Below are positions 25,653 through 37,041 of a stretch of DNA of 64,000 bases, piece after piece (the first letter of the stretch is position 1; each line of letters begins with the position of its first letter). Source of the stretch: Marsupella aquatica. Taxonomy: Eukaryota > Plantae > Marchantiophyta. The DNA lies in the NCBI GenBank assembly GCA_973895155.1, contig OZ316891.1, forward strand, positions 4,745,708 to 4,809,707. Direction: 5' to 3'. The notes under the pieces are model-generated. The model searched no databases. It was not told the DNA's origin and worked only from the letters and a program-made list of their open reading frames with translations. A program made the translations under genes and the position numbers.

Positions 25653-27459
25653 TGCCGTGTAAAATTGAGTATATCCGAACAAGCCTACCCGAGGAATATC
25701 ACAAAGAAAACTTCAATGTTTGTGGAAGAAAGCAACCTAGGATTGTTAGTGGCAGGTAGGCAATTTCGAGGAATCCTTTCCATTAATGTCCCTAAGTTCC
25801 TGCTAGGACTCTGAGACCAGCTAGATAGCAGCAACCAAGAAATAAAGTAAACTATTTTTTAAACTATGAGCGGCATAGATCTCAGTCCAATGGTCCAGGT
25901 TTGGATTTTTAAGAAAAGTGTCTCGGGTTGTGTCCTTTTGTGGCATCTTTTGTGCCTCAACCTTCAGTATGGTTAAGTGAATTTGCAGTTTCTGTACCAA
26001 TGTTTAACATGTTTCTGCAGGCGATAATCTTTATGTTATCTTGACCTCGAGCTCTCCTTTGGAAATCAACAAGAGTTATCTAATCATTTGTTGCCCGGTA
26101 ACATGCAAACCAAAAGCTTGATTGTTTATTTCTACTCGGTATTCATGCCGGTTTGGGGTCATGAGGAGAGTCAAGAAGGAGAGTTATATATATTGTTAAG
26201 GTACGGAAGGGTGGGGACTTCTTCGGTGGGGCAGGTTTGTTTGGTTTTTGTTTAGTTTTGGAAAGGAGAAAGAATCTACAGGAGGTTTGGCGAATTCAAA
26301 AAGGGGGGCAGGAAGAAGAAGATAATGTGGGCCTGGGGACTCCTTATCGGCGTCATTACGTCTCCACCGTAATTCTTTCCGGATTACTTCTTTCCAAACT
26401 GAAAGGTCAACAAGACATGTTATCAATACCCAGTCGCTGGCAAATGTCGCAATTCGAATCCAGAATGCTTAGGTTTTAACACGTACATTTCTAGCGTACA
26501 TCTTAGCTGCTCCATTTCATCGCGAAAATAAATTTGGGAGGACGAATAAGGTGGGCTTCTTCACCACAGCTCCTATCTGACTAGACGAAGCAGCTCTGAC
26601 TACGAAGAATGCCGAGAAAAATGCTGAGGTAAGATTTCTACAATTTTACCAGGAAGAAAATTTGCTGGAACGATGATATAGCTAAAGATTGGAGGATCCT
26701 CCAATGTCATCAAGGAAATACTCCCCATGGATTTCGCCTCCCAGGCCCCTCTTTCGTACCTGACTGCCGATCATGTGGCTGCTCAGTTGTAGTCAATCTT
26801 ACGAAAGACAGACAGAACGAGCAGCAGTCACAAAAGTATTTGAAAATGTGTGCGATCTGTTTATTGTGTTGAGCAGGCGTGCGTGGGAATAGTCCCCAAT
26901 TCGCTTTAATTGGTACTTATCTCACTTCCAATTCGATCTTCTGTACTGGAGTGGAGACTTCCGTATGTCACTTCCAAATAAACCGATTTGGAAGTTCTAC
27001 AATAAATCTGCGGTCTCGGTACTTACGTCTCGTCCAAAATTCCCTTCTTCTACGGTGAACCTACGTCTTGGTACTCATGTCGCTTCCAAAGTACCCGATG
27101 CCGAACCTACCATTTCTACATCATACTCTACATATATAGACATTTGCCGAGTGTAAAATGTTTGACGTCTAGGAGAATGTGGAGGACGTCCTTCAAGGGT
27201 CAGAATGATTGCTCTGGTCAGAATTTATAAGAGATTTAGTACCCTTGAGTTTATCCGATATGAAGATGACTCCGCTGAATCTACAGTTCTCAGTCCATCA
27301 TTCAATCTTCAACCGGCACATCGCCCGCGAGCAATGAGAAGGTCGCTCAAGTCGTCTTACATCGGATTGCTTTCCCTGCGGAGATTCCAAAGCCTTCAGA
27401 CTAAGGAGTAGACCACAACACACACAACCCTTTCATTTAATAGTTTAATTTAGATTCAC

Positions 27460-28090
27460 TATTCTTCTGAGGGCCAGGCTGCTGGGGTTACAGCCACGAC
27501 ACTAATTTCTCTTCGTGACCCTCCTATGGGGACTGCTCCTCTGCCATAGTGGGGGACTCTCGGGCGTTTTGACTCTGTGGTCTTTTGTCCTTTGGTTTTC
27601 CGTTGTTTTCTCTTCATTACTGGGTCCCATATCGCGGATTCGAGCCACTTTGTACGTTTGCCCTGACGTATTGATAACAATTTTCCAAGGAGAACCTCCT
27701 CCAAGCCCTCAAAGCCAGGACGAGACGGCAACAACTCTCCTTGTCGAGATGTTTGCTGCATACAATTTCTCCGTGGTCCGACTCCTCCTCCTGGGTCCTC
27801 CATGAAAAGCATCATCGAAAGCGCAAGGCAGTAAAACGAGGGCTCTTTCCATACTAAATAGCTTCCGCTGTAAAGCCCTGGGAAAACTCTCGCAGATGAA
27901 AGACATGGATGGAATATTTTGCCAGGTCTGACATACGGGTTGGTAAGCATAGCACTTTTCACAGCTAGGACAACATACTCCTTTCATGCGAGGAGGGCAC
28001 CTCTCATGATCAGAGGAAATACAAACCGTGCAGGAGATGTTCCATACAAGTGTTGGAGCTCTCACTCACCAGTTTGAAACTTTGTTGCTC
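27460..28090 (-). pseudogene. F-box/kelch-repeat-type (At5g15710-like) gene relic, paralog of 30100-31225
   Basis: YAYQPVCQTWQNIPSMSFI...QRKLFSME...GPRRRS..EKLYAAN and LPSRPGFEG closely match the plus-strand copy. Frameshifted, with no recognisable F-box domain. Confidence 0.65.
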
Positions 28091-29613
28091 AGCACAATAA
28101 ACATCGAATGCTTCTGTCACGATTGAGAGCAATATCCTCTAAATCACTTAGAGAGTTAGGAGGTTCAATCCTCAGTCAGACTGCAACGATTCTGGTCTGT
28201 TCTCTCTTCTGTTGAGGAAAGAGAATGAATGGACCAGCTAAGAATTGCAGCTTCATGGAGCAGGGGACCCCCGGAGAAGTGCCAAGCTAAGTAGAGGAAA
28301 CAGAAACGAATGATGCAGGTAAGCCAGATACACGGGAATTTTCGGCAACGATGACGTCCGGAGGGACGCGCCGGGAGAATTGCCGGCAGATGCGTGTGCT
28401 TACTTTTCACTGCAATCGACAAGCTGTTCCCAACATTCTCCTTTGGGGGTTCCCTTTCTAGAAATACAAACTGATATCTCTGAGGTTACGTGCGCACTTG
28501 GCCGGCGGGTTCCCTACGTTTCGAGTGTCGTTGTTTTCCCGGGTAGCCCATTGTTTGTTTCTGAGTAAGAATTTTTCCCTAAGTACGAGAAACAATGGAC
28601 CACACAGGAGACTCACTCTCCATGTGAGCTAGTGATCCATTTATCCAGCTGCGCAACTGTGTTTTATTCTCGGGTTGTGCTTGTCCAAAATTCAATTGTC
28701 TTTGTGGTGCACAAGCTACTGTACTTTATCGAACTAAGGCTTTACTAGACATCACCTACTTTGGTTGCGGCAGTGGAAGAAAATTATCTGTGCAACTATA
28801 TGGTAGAAATTGTCTGCTCTGTGTAGTAAACCTCAACGGAGCGTTCAATCCACGCTCCAGCGCTCCTGGTAATGCAAAGATTTATCTGTTCTCCAAAATT
28901 TCTAAACGAAGTAGTGACAATCCTTTCTCTTACTGTTACGTTGAGTTGGATCAGTTCAAGCTGAGCTCGCCAGGAAATGGTTAAGGTTCGTTGAACTCGT
29001 TGAGAGAATTGGGCCTGTATACTTTCATGGCCGGACTTGTGCCGTCGTTGCAATTTTCGCTGTTTTACTGTTGGGTCAGAGGGTAATCGCTATGATTTTG
29101 TGTTCTTTTGGATAATCTGACTGGGATGGATTGTGAAATGAAATCAATCGAAAACCTTGCTTTCTACACCAGAATGCATCTGTAATTAATCTTTTCTTGG
29201 GGAAAATCTGGCATGGATTATGAACGGAATCCAATCGAAAACCTTTTCAATGCTTTCTATATTAGAATGCTTCTTCCATTTTATGTTGCCTTTGGAAATT
29301 TGGGTTGTGAGAGCAGATCACATCGTTGGTACTGATATACCCAGCATGGACACGGTGATGCTTTCTCTTTGTTTGGAACCTTTGAACCAAATTCCTATGT
29401 ATTGGAGATCACGTTTTTTTTAAGTAGTCGATCATGTTGTAGTAGAGGGACTGATCTCAAAAACCATTCATTCGGACAATACACAAAATTGAAACACTGC
29501 ATTCAGGGCTGGGAAATATTTTTGGGAAATGCTTTGAATGATATGTCTTTTTATTATCGGCACTTGGGTAGGTTTATGGGAACTTTATGATGAAACCCTT
29601 CAAGTACCACCTG

Positions 29614-30090
29614 TTTTTTTTTTTTTTTTTTGCCTTGAGAAAGCCAAATGAATTCCGTTCAAAAAGCCAGCATACAAAAAGGGGAGCCACAAAAAGGCAC
29701 CACCCCAAGGGACCAAAGGTCACATGCAACAAAACCGGCAGGGCCTGCACCAGGAAGGAAGCTGGGCCTCAGAAAGAGGCAACTAAACAAGAAATTTAGA
29801 AACTGCACTCGGAGCAGCACACTCCTAAAGACCGGAGTGATCAGGTTGTTCCATTCAGTGGGTCTGTGAGAGAGCAATGACTCAATCAGTCAGTCTGCAG
29901 TGCAGCTTCAAAACCTGAGCAGGACGGGGGGATCACGGTGGTGGTGGAGGTCGGGACCTGAAGAATATCTCCATGAATCAGCCACAGGTCCCATAATGCC
30001 TGGACATGTGTGATGGGCATCCCTGAAAGTAGTCGTGCCAAATTCTCGTCTATGGAATTCCATGAAGGGGATGGCAATGCCGCGATGAGC
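29614..30090 (-). mobile_element. Probable 5'-truncated LINE 3' end with poly(A) tail
   Basis: An 18-nt T run at 29614-29631 (poly-A on minus) ends a 3'UTR-like segment. The segment stops where homology between the two F-box relics begins. No TSD found. Confidence 0.45.
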
Positions 30091-30099
30091 CCAATGATT

Positions 30100-31225
30100 G
30101 CAGCAAAGTTTCAAAAGTTGCTGACTGAGAGGTCCAACACTTGGGAGATCTGCGGCCCAGTTTGTGTTTGCTGACCATGACGAGTGTCATGCTGGCAAAG
30201 AAGTATGTCGTCCTAGCTATGCGAATTACTATGCTTACAACCGCGCATTTCAGACCTGGCAAAAAATTCCATCAATGTCTTTCATCGCCGGGACTCCCGA
30301 CAACATACAGAGGAAGTTGTTTACTATGCAAGGAACCCTCGTCGTCATGTACTGCTCTGACGATGCTGACTATGTCGATGCTTACTATGTCAATGCTTAC
30401 TATGACGATGCTTACTGTGAAGGACCCAGGAGGAGGAGTCCTTCGGAGAAATTGTAGGTGGCAAACAAATTGACCAGGAGCTGCAAGTTGTTGCCGTCTC
30501 GTCCTGGCTTTGAGGGCTTCGACGAGATTCTGTGTTCAAATATCGTTATCAATCCGTCATCGCAGACGTACAAAGTGGTCTTGTTCGTTCAGACTTTTGT
30601 TTGGAGTCCCTCCGTCTTCTTGAATGCGAGGCCACTGAATGATGATGAGTTTTGGGTGCAAATCTTCAATTCCATGTCGTGTTCTTGGAGAAAGAAGAAG
30701 CTTGTCGGAGTACCGACTCATTAAAACTGGTCGCTGAGTCGCGCAGTTTACCTCAACGGAGCTCTCTACATGATGCCCGATGTCGGCTCCATGCGTCTTA
30801 TAGCGTTCGACATGGAGGAAGAGACATTGACAGAACTGAGTATAGGCGACGGAGAGCACGGAATCCACGGGAGACATGTAGAATGTAGACATCAGCTAGC
30901 TGTTTGTGATGGGGATCTGTTCATAATCGCTCACAAATGAGCTCTACTTATGGGTCCGATCTTTACGTTCGAGTGCTGAAGGCTGATTTGAGCCGAGAGA
31001 CACTAACAGTACGTGGTGGCGGAGGGTTCTCCGAGAACTTTCAACCTGGAGTCTGTCCATTCCATAAATTTCTGGGTGGCAAAGGAGTGCCGAGCTCACT
31101 CAAGTGATCGAATGCCGGTTTACAATGTGCGGGAGAATAGTTGGAGTTGTATCTCGTGGTGTCCCGATGCAGTTTTCACTGGTTGTTGCTTTGAGCCAGG
31201 TTTGAATCCCTTCATTGCTGTCTGA
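30100..31225 (+). pseudogene. F-box/kelch-repeat-type (At5g15710-like) pseudogene with in-frame stops
   Basis: YAYNRAFQTWQKIP, VANKLTRSCKLLP, SSQTYKVV, VQIFNSMSCSW, AVYLNGALY, LIAFDME and the C-terminus VYNVRENSW...CFEPGL. In-frame stops at 30455-30457 and 30722-30724. Confidence 0.75.
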
Positions 31226-31944
31226 GTCCAAAGTCTCTGAGTCCTGACCACAACACTAGTGTCCAACAGTAACACGCCAGATAGTGCAGAAATCAATTCC
31301 CTTCACATGCGTCCAGCGGGTACAAGAAGATTATTTAGCTGATCCGAATGTCAGATGACAGCCTCACCAGAAGGTTGTATCCCTGGTGACAAGGAGTATT
31401 TGTCCTGGCTGGCTTTTCTGATGTTGGGCGATAAGGGTCCATATCTGTATATATCACGAGCATGGAACTGGAGGTGAGGTGGCCAGGGCATAGAAATGTA
31501 CCAGTTATCATTCCATTCATTTTATATACACCTACAATTTAGAATCACCTGGAAGATGTTGCTTTCTTAATTTAAATTTCTTGATCAACTTACATAGTCT
31601 TTCTGTTTGTTCTTCCTTTACTTTCGTGAATGTTCTCATCCACATTTCAACCAAACAAATTCCAGCCAATTGAACTTAGCTCACTAAATCGTTGATGCAT
31701 GAGTTCAATGATTAGACGTAAGAGCTTCAATGCACTTGAGGTCTTCCACCCAGAATTGTGGTCCAGGGAGCAATGTAGTTCCACTCTCCAACGTTGAAGA
31801 GCTAGGCAATTCAACCAGAGGACAACGTTGTGTCCATCCACTCTATGAACAATTACAACAGATGGCCCTACAATTGCACCCGGCCAGAGAGGTCCATATT
31901 TCTATTAATTGCAGTGTTTTGGTTTTTTTTGTTTGGGTGATTTA

Positions 31945-32025
31945 GGCTGATTTGAGCCGAGAGACACTAACAGTCGTGGCGGAGGGTTCTCCGAGAACTT
32001 TCAACCTGGAGTCTGTCCATTCCAT
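31945..32025 (+). repeat. About 80-bp duplicate of F-box pseudogene sequence 30981-31064
   Basis: GGCTGATTTGAGCCGAGAGACACTAACAGT...GGAGTCTGTCCATTCCAT is nearly identical at both sites. Confidence 0.85.
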
Positions 32026-32985
32026 TCCAGCACCCTGATTTTGCTGTCCGGAGCTAGATCGAAAGCATCTGTCACAATTCAGAGATCCTTTAAATTACTG
32101 TACGAGGGGTGGGGTGTTTAATCTTGAGGCAGGGAACAACAACTCCTTCCGCTGTAACCGACTCTCGTCGCTTCTGTGGAGGAAAAGGAAGGAGAGGAGT
32201 TGTAGCTAATCGCAGCTGCTGAGGGAGGAGTACCAAGCAGTAGGTGTAGGCAATGAGATGATACCTGGGAACTGACCACCACGAGATGGCAATTGCCGGC
32301 CGTGCCTCTAGCTGCTCCGTAGGAGTATACTCTCATCGCGGATCGTCTGCGCAGGCGAGGTACTGGTCAACGCTAAGGTCAAACTGAGAAACGTGGTCAA
32401 GGTTTCTTAGTTTAGGAGCGTTCCCGGCACTGTTTGACCTTTTTGGTCCGGTCAAGCTACAGACGGTCAGGCTATAGGCTGTTCCTTCTACTTTTACCGA
32501 GGGCGCAACTGTTTCCTCGATCCTTCCTTGTGCACCTCAGCTAGCCTTAGGTTCAACCAATTCCAGTTCTTCTGCTGCCAAGAAAGATTTACCTCGAGAT
32601 CGACCATTACTTCATGGCTCCAAGAAGAGTGATGCGGGTTCCTCAGACAGCTACTGCGAAGGCTTTGCTAGTGGATCCCGCGAACGAATTGCCGCCAGCT
32701 TTGGACAGAGGTTGTCGTTGTTCCACACCGAATGTATACCGTGCGACAGCCATTTCTTCTTCGACTTCGACTGCGCTCCCTTTTCCACATCCCTTCCCCT
32801 CCCTACCTCTTCAAGGGGTCTCATGTCGTTCTCATCTGACCCGAACAGTCGAACAGACCTCTTTCACACACGGAGCAGTTAGAGCACAACAAGACAGGGC
32901 GAATCAGACCGGGGCCAAAAGGAGTGAAAGCTCGGATGAAGGAACAGATCAGCTTCCAAAAAAGTAGAAAAGAAGGAGAATTTTA

Positions 32986-33141
<156 letters not shown>

Positions 33142-36100
33142 CTATTCAGATATCTGGTATGCTCTGGACCGCCATTCTGTGCTGGTTGGTTGCTTGTTTC
33201 TAAACAATATTATGCTCTGGCGTCCATGTAGCTCCGTCAGTTCTTCTGTGCAGTACATCTTGCCTTCGATTTGGCATATATTGTTGGATTCTTGCATTGC
33301 CTGGAGCTTTTTTGGGTCTCCAGTCACCGCCGTAAGCTGGGCATTGGAATTGATTTTTTGTTCGGTAGAACTACACTCGAATTTGGGGTCCCAAACGACT
33401 GGAGACCATCATGCCTAACCCAACATTATTGCAGGGAAATCATCGTCTGGACTTTAATGGCGAATGTAAACAAATCTGCATGTCGTCGTCTACGTACCAA
33501 CGGTAAGTAGTGAGGGAGCGGGGAAGTTCAACTGACAAAACAGTTCAACAGATGAAAAGAATATCGAACTGCACAAATCACACTCCATTGTCAAAATCGT
33601 GCATGAGGTCTCTAATCACTGGCCTCTTCACTATAAAATTGGAACCAACAAACGGAACCTGCATAGCTACAATAGTGCAGTTACCATCCGTGAGCACAAA
33701 CTCCACTCTTTAAAGTTAAGAACTTCACATCGTGAGCACCAAATGAAGGCGGAGACAGAATTCGGGCTGAAACACTGTTTCGAAGAGGGAAATTACTAGT
33801 AGCTCAAGTAATCAACAATCGTTCACTCCGGTCCCCCACAATTTTACAAGATTTCTCAATCTTCTGTTGTTGCTGTTGTGTCCTCCGTCGTATCACAGCA
33901 CCCCGAAATGGATCAGATCAGCAACGGCCATTCTCAGTAGGAAAACCTCGCTCATTCAAGTCTGTGAGCGTTGGAACCGCTGTCGGAATTGCAATTGGTG
34001 TTCTGGCTGGGTTGGGGGTGGGGCCTGTCTCCTGGTGGCTCGTCGCCGCCGTGTTCATATCACAAGGGCAACGAATTAAGTAGAAATCAGTTCACTGCTC
34101 ACGTAGAACCTGGGACAGCGCATACAATCGTCAAGTGAGTGTAGCATCGACGATTTCGGGAGTCTCAAATTTGGCACTGTCCATTCAGAGCGAGGAGCTC
34201 GGGGAAGGTTTGTGCTCTCATTAACACCAGGAAAGAACACGAGAATTCTGAGAAGAATGTTGCTCAATTCCACAAGCGACTCTTTTAACACGAGAATTGG
34301 CCCCTCTGGCTGAGACACACAGGAGCCGTGTGACATGGAAATGTAATGCCCTGTTTTTGTTTTCTTATTGGCCTTGAAACCCAAACGAGACCTATCCAAC
34401 AAATATATATCACAAAATGCCAAAAACCAAAGGCACCCAAGGGGGATTCCTGATCCCGCACCCAAGGGGGGATCCATGATCCCACAGGTAAAAAGATCCA
34501 ATCATGGGGATACAACCCAAGAGCCAAAAAGGCCCAAGGACCCAAGCAAAAGCCCCAGCATCACATCAGAATAGCAGGAACATGAAAACCTAAACCCTAC
34601 CTTCTGGCAACTGGAGAGCACGTATTCGTGTTAGAGTATATGTTACGTCCCCAATGTGCTCTAAATCAGGTGCACTAAATCCGGTGTTGCATTCCTTCAT
34701 GAGTGCACAACCCCTAAAAAGTGCACTTATCAATAAGTTTACATGATTACATCCCTTTGCTAAATGTATAATGGGCCCCTCTATCAGCTAGCAGCCTCAT
34801 ACCTTGTATCCCTGCCCTAAAGTCTCTGCCCAAACTACCTAAGTGCATTTTTAACTCTACTGAGAATGAGCATGTTTTTATTAGTAAATGTTATTTTACA
34901 GGATTGTGCATGCATCGATCTATAAGAGCATAAGTATAGATGCTTATCAAGGGTATTTGCATTTAAAGTTGTCATTTGGCAAAATTCTTATCAAGGGTAT
35001 TCGCATACAAAGTTGTCATTTAGCAAAATGATTCTAGGCCTGTGTGCCCTTAGAAAAGGTACTTAAAAACGCTTATATATACAATGTGTACAATATTTAA
35101 AAGGGAAGAATAGGATACCCTGCACTTCACCAGGTAAATGAGCTTATGGAGTGTAAGCTTAGACAAAGCCGACTGTGAACACTTTTATGAGGCAATCTCA
35201 AGTGGCCTTTAATCTTTCGTCAACCGCCAATTTCCCGTCGATTTCTTCCCAATTACTCTTATTGACACTTTTCGTGGGCCCCACACTGCCGGACCATCAC
35301 GCCTATCCTCCGACCTCCAGAAAATCTCCCAGATTCCAGGAAGCGATCTGGACCGCTGAGGATTTAGGTCTCCCAGGCTTCTCCATCAGCTCCCTCCACA
35401 AACGCTCTCCTGTGGGGCCGCGCCTTCGCGGTTTCACGACCAGCCCTGAGTTCTTTCGTTCCTGCTTGTTCGCCTGTTGGTTGTGGGGCCAGGCCACAAA
35501 GCACCTACAGTAGACTCCCGGGCCACTCGCTCCCTCCATGCTTCCAAGCCGGTCTGCTGCCTGACCTCGTCAGGATTACCGTAGTGGGGTTCCATATCCC
35601 TACACAATTAAGTTTTGAACATACTAGCTTAAGTGCCTTTGTAAAAAATGATAGTAGGGAGTACATTGAAGCCCTCTGCGCCCTTTTCAGATATGAACCG
35701 AGCCCCAGTCCCCATTTTTCACTTGCACCATCCCAATTTAGTTATGTACCCAGAGTCACTGTCTAGAGGCCTCACTCTAGATGTAGGCCCCAAAGAATAA
35801 TTTCTGATTGTGATTGTGAGTATATGGTTAGATTTCAGTGTGCCAAATTTTAGACTCATGATGTGAAGCCAGGAAGAGTGTGGCACTGGTCAAGATCCTC
35901 TTCTAAAGTGATTTTTATTTTGGTGACTAAGCATTGATTTATGGGTTTACTATCTATACAGAAAATAACAATAGAAATATATATATAACTCAGAAGTTAA
36001 TCTATTTAATAAACCCAATCAAAAGCTAGAATAATGGATTGAAATCTCTAGACAGACAGTGACTGGAAGGGCAGGAAGGGCACAGTTATGGTGGAACTGG

Positions 36101-36235
36101 AAATGGACACAACTGTACTCACAATTGATTATGAGCAAAGTTCCTCCATTCATGCTAGTGAAACTAAATATTAGCTCACCGAACTGCACCCCATGGAACC
36201 CAGATGCAGGTACACTTTTGTCTCCAGTCCCAGCC

Positions 36236-36625
36236 AGGTCGACTACCCCTTTTCGCCCAGGTGTTCCGATAGCATCATAGCCGTCGGTATATCTGGGGGT
36301 CGCCCTCGTTATACACCTGAAACACAGAAACGAAATATACAACATAGGACCAAGGACACTCCCGGTCAGGTCGACGATCCCTGTTCCACCCAGGTTTTCC
36401 GATACCATCGTAGCCGTTCGTATATCTGGGGGTCGCCCTCGTCATAGACCTGGAACACACAGAAACGAGACATCTGACCGGGGACACTCCCAGTCAGGTC
36501 GACGATCCTCGTTGAATTCCTCGCCCATAGTTTCGGGATAGCATCGTCGCCGTCGGTGTATCCGGGGGTGGCCCTCGACATGGAGCTGAAAGAGACGGAT
36601 GTGGGACCAAGGACACTCCCAAGGG
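36236..36625. repeat. Three diverged tandem units of about 130 bp upstream of the SNF2/F-box gene
   Basis: Recurrent blocks GGTCGAC(G)A, CCGTCGGTATATCTGGGGGTCGCCCTCG and GGACACTCCC. Confidence 0.8.
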
Positions 36626-36808
36626 CAGTCCCGGCCAGCAGAGTCTCGCTCCCTCCGGAGGGGCGGACGGGGAGCGGCCTTGAGGGCGCAAGTAGGCAAG
36701 ACGGCGAGCGAAGCAAAGCTTCTCGAGAAAGTCGAGAGCTCGTGAGAGAGGCGAAGGACGAGAAGTCGGGAAGGAAAGAGGAACGAAGAAACGAACGAAC
36801 GAACGCAC

Positions 36809-36835
36809 GAGAGAGAGAGAGAGAGAGAGAGAGAG
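36809..36835 (+). repeat. (GA)n microsatellite in the promoter/5'UTR
   Basis: Direct run of GA dinucleotides, preceded by (GAAC)n. Confidence 0.9.
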
Positions 36836-37041
36836 CGTTAGAAACACAAAGAGGAGGAAGGGAGAGGTTTGGTAGTGCAATTCGAGGAGGAGGGCGATGA
36901 GGGAAGGATGAGAGCAGTAGAGAAACGCGAAGAGAAGGGTTTAGGGAGTGGTGCAATTGAATGAAGAGGATGGAGAGAGCGATGGCGTAGAGAAAGAGAG
37001 GGAGGAGGAGTGCAATTCAAGGCGATTCGAGGAGGAGGACG

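Noticed and set aside
32614-32967. 117-aa ORF, possibly a retroelement gag start
   Set aside because: No conserved motif, LTR or PBS found nearby.
34350-34620. Possible second LINE 3' tail resembling 29640-29720
   Set aside because: Similarity is limited to a short AAAGGCACC..CCAAGGG motif and an imperfect A-tail; not enough to call.
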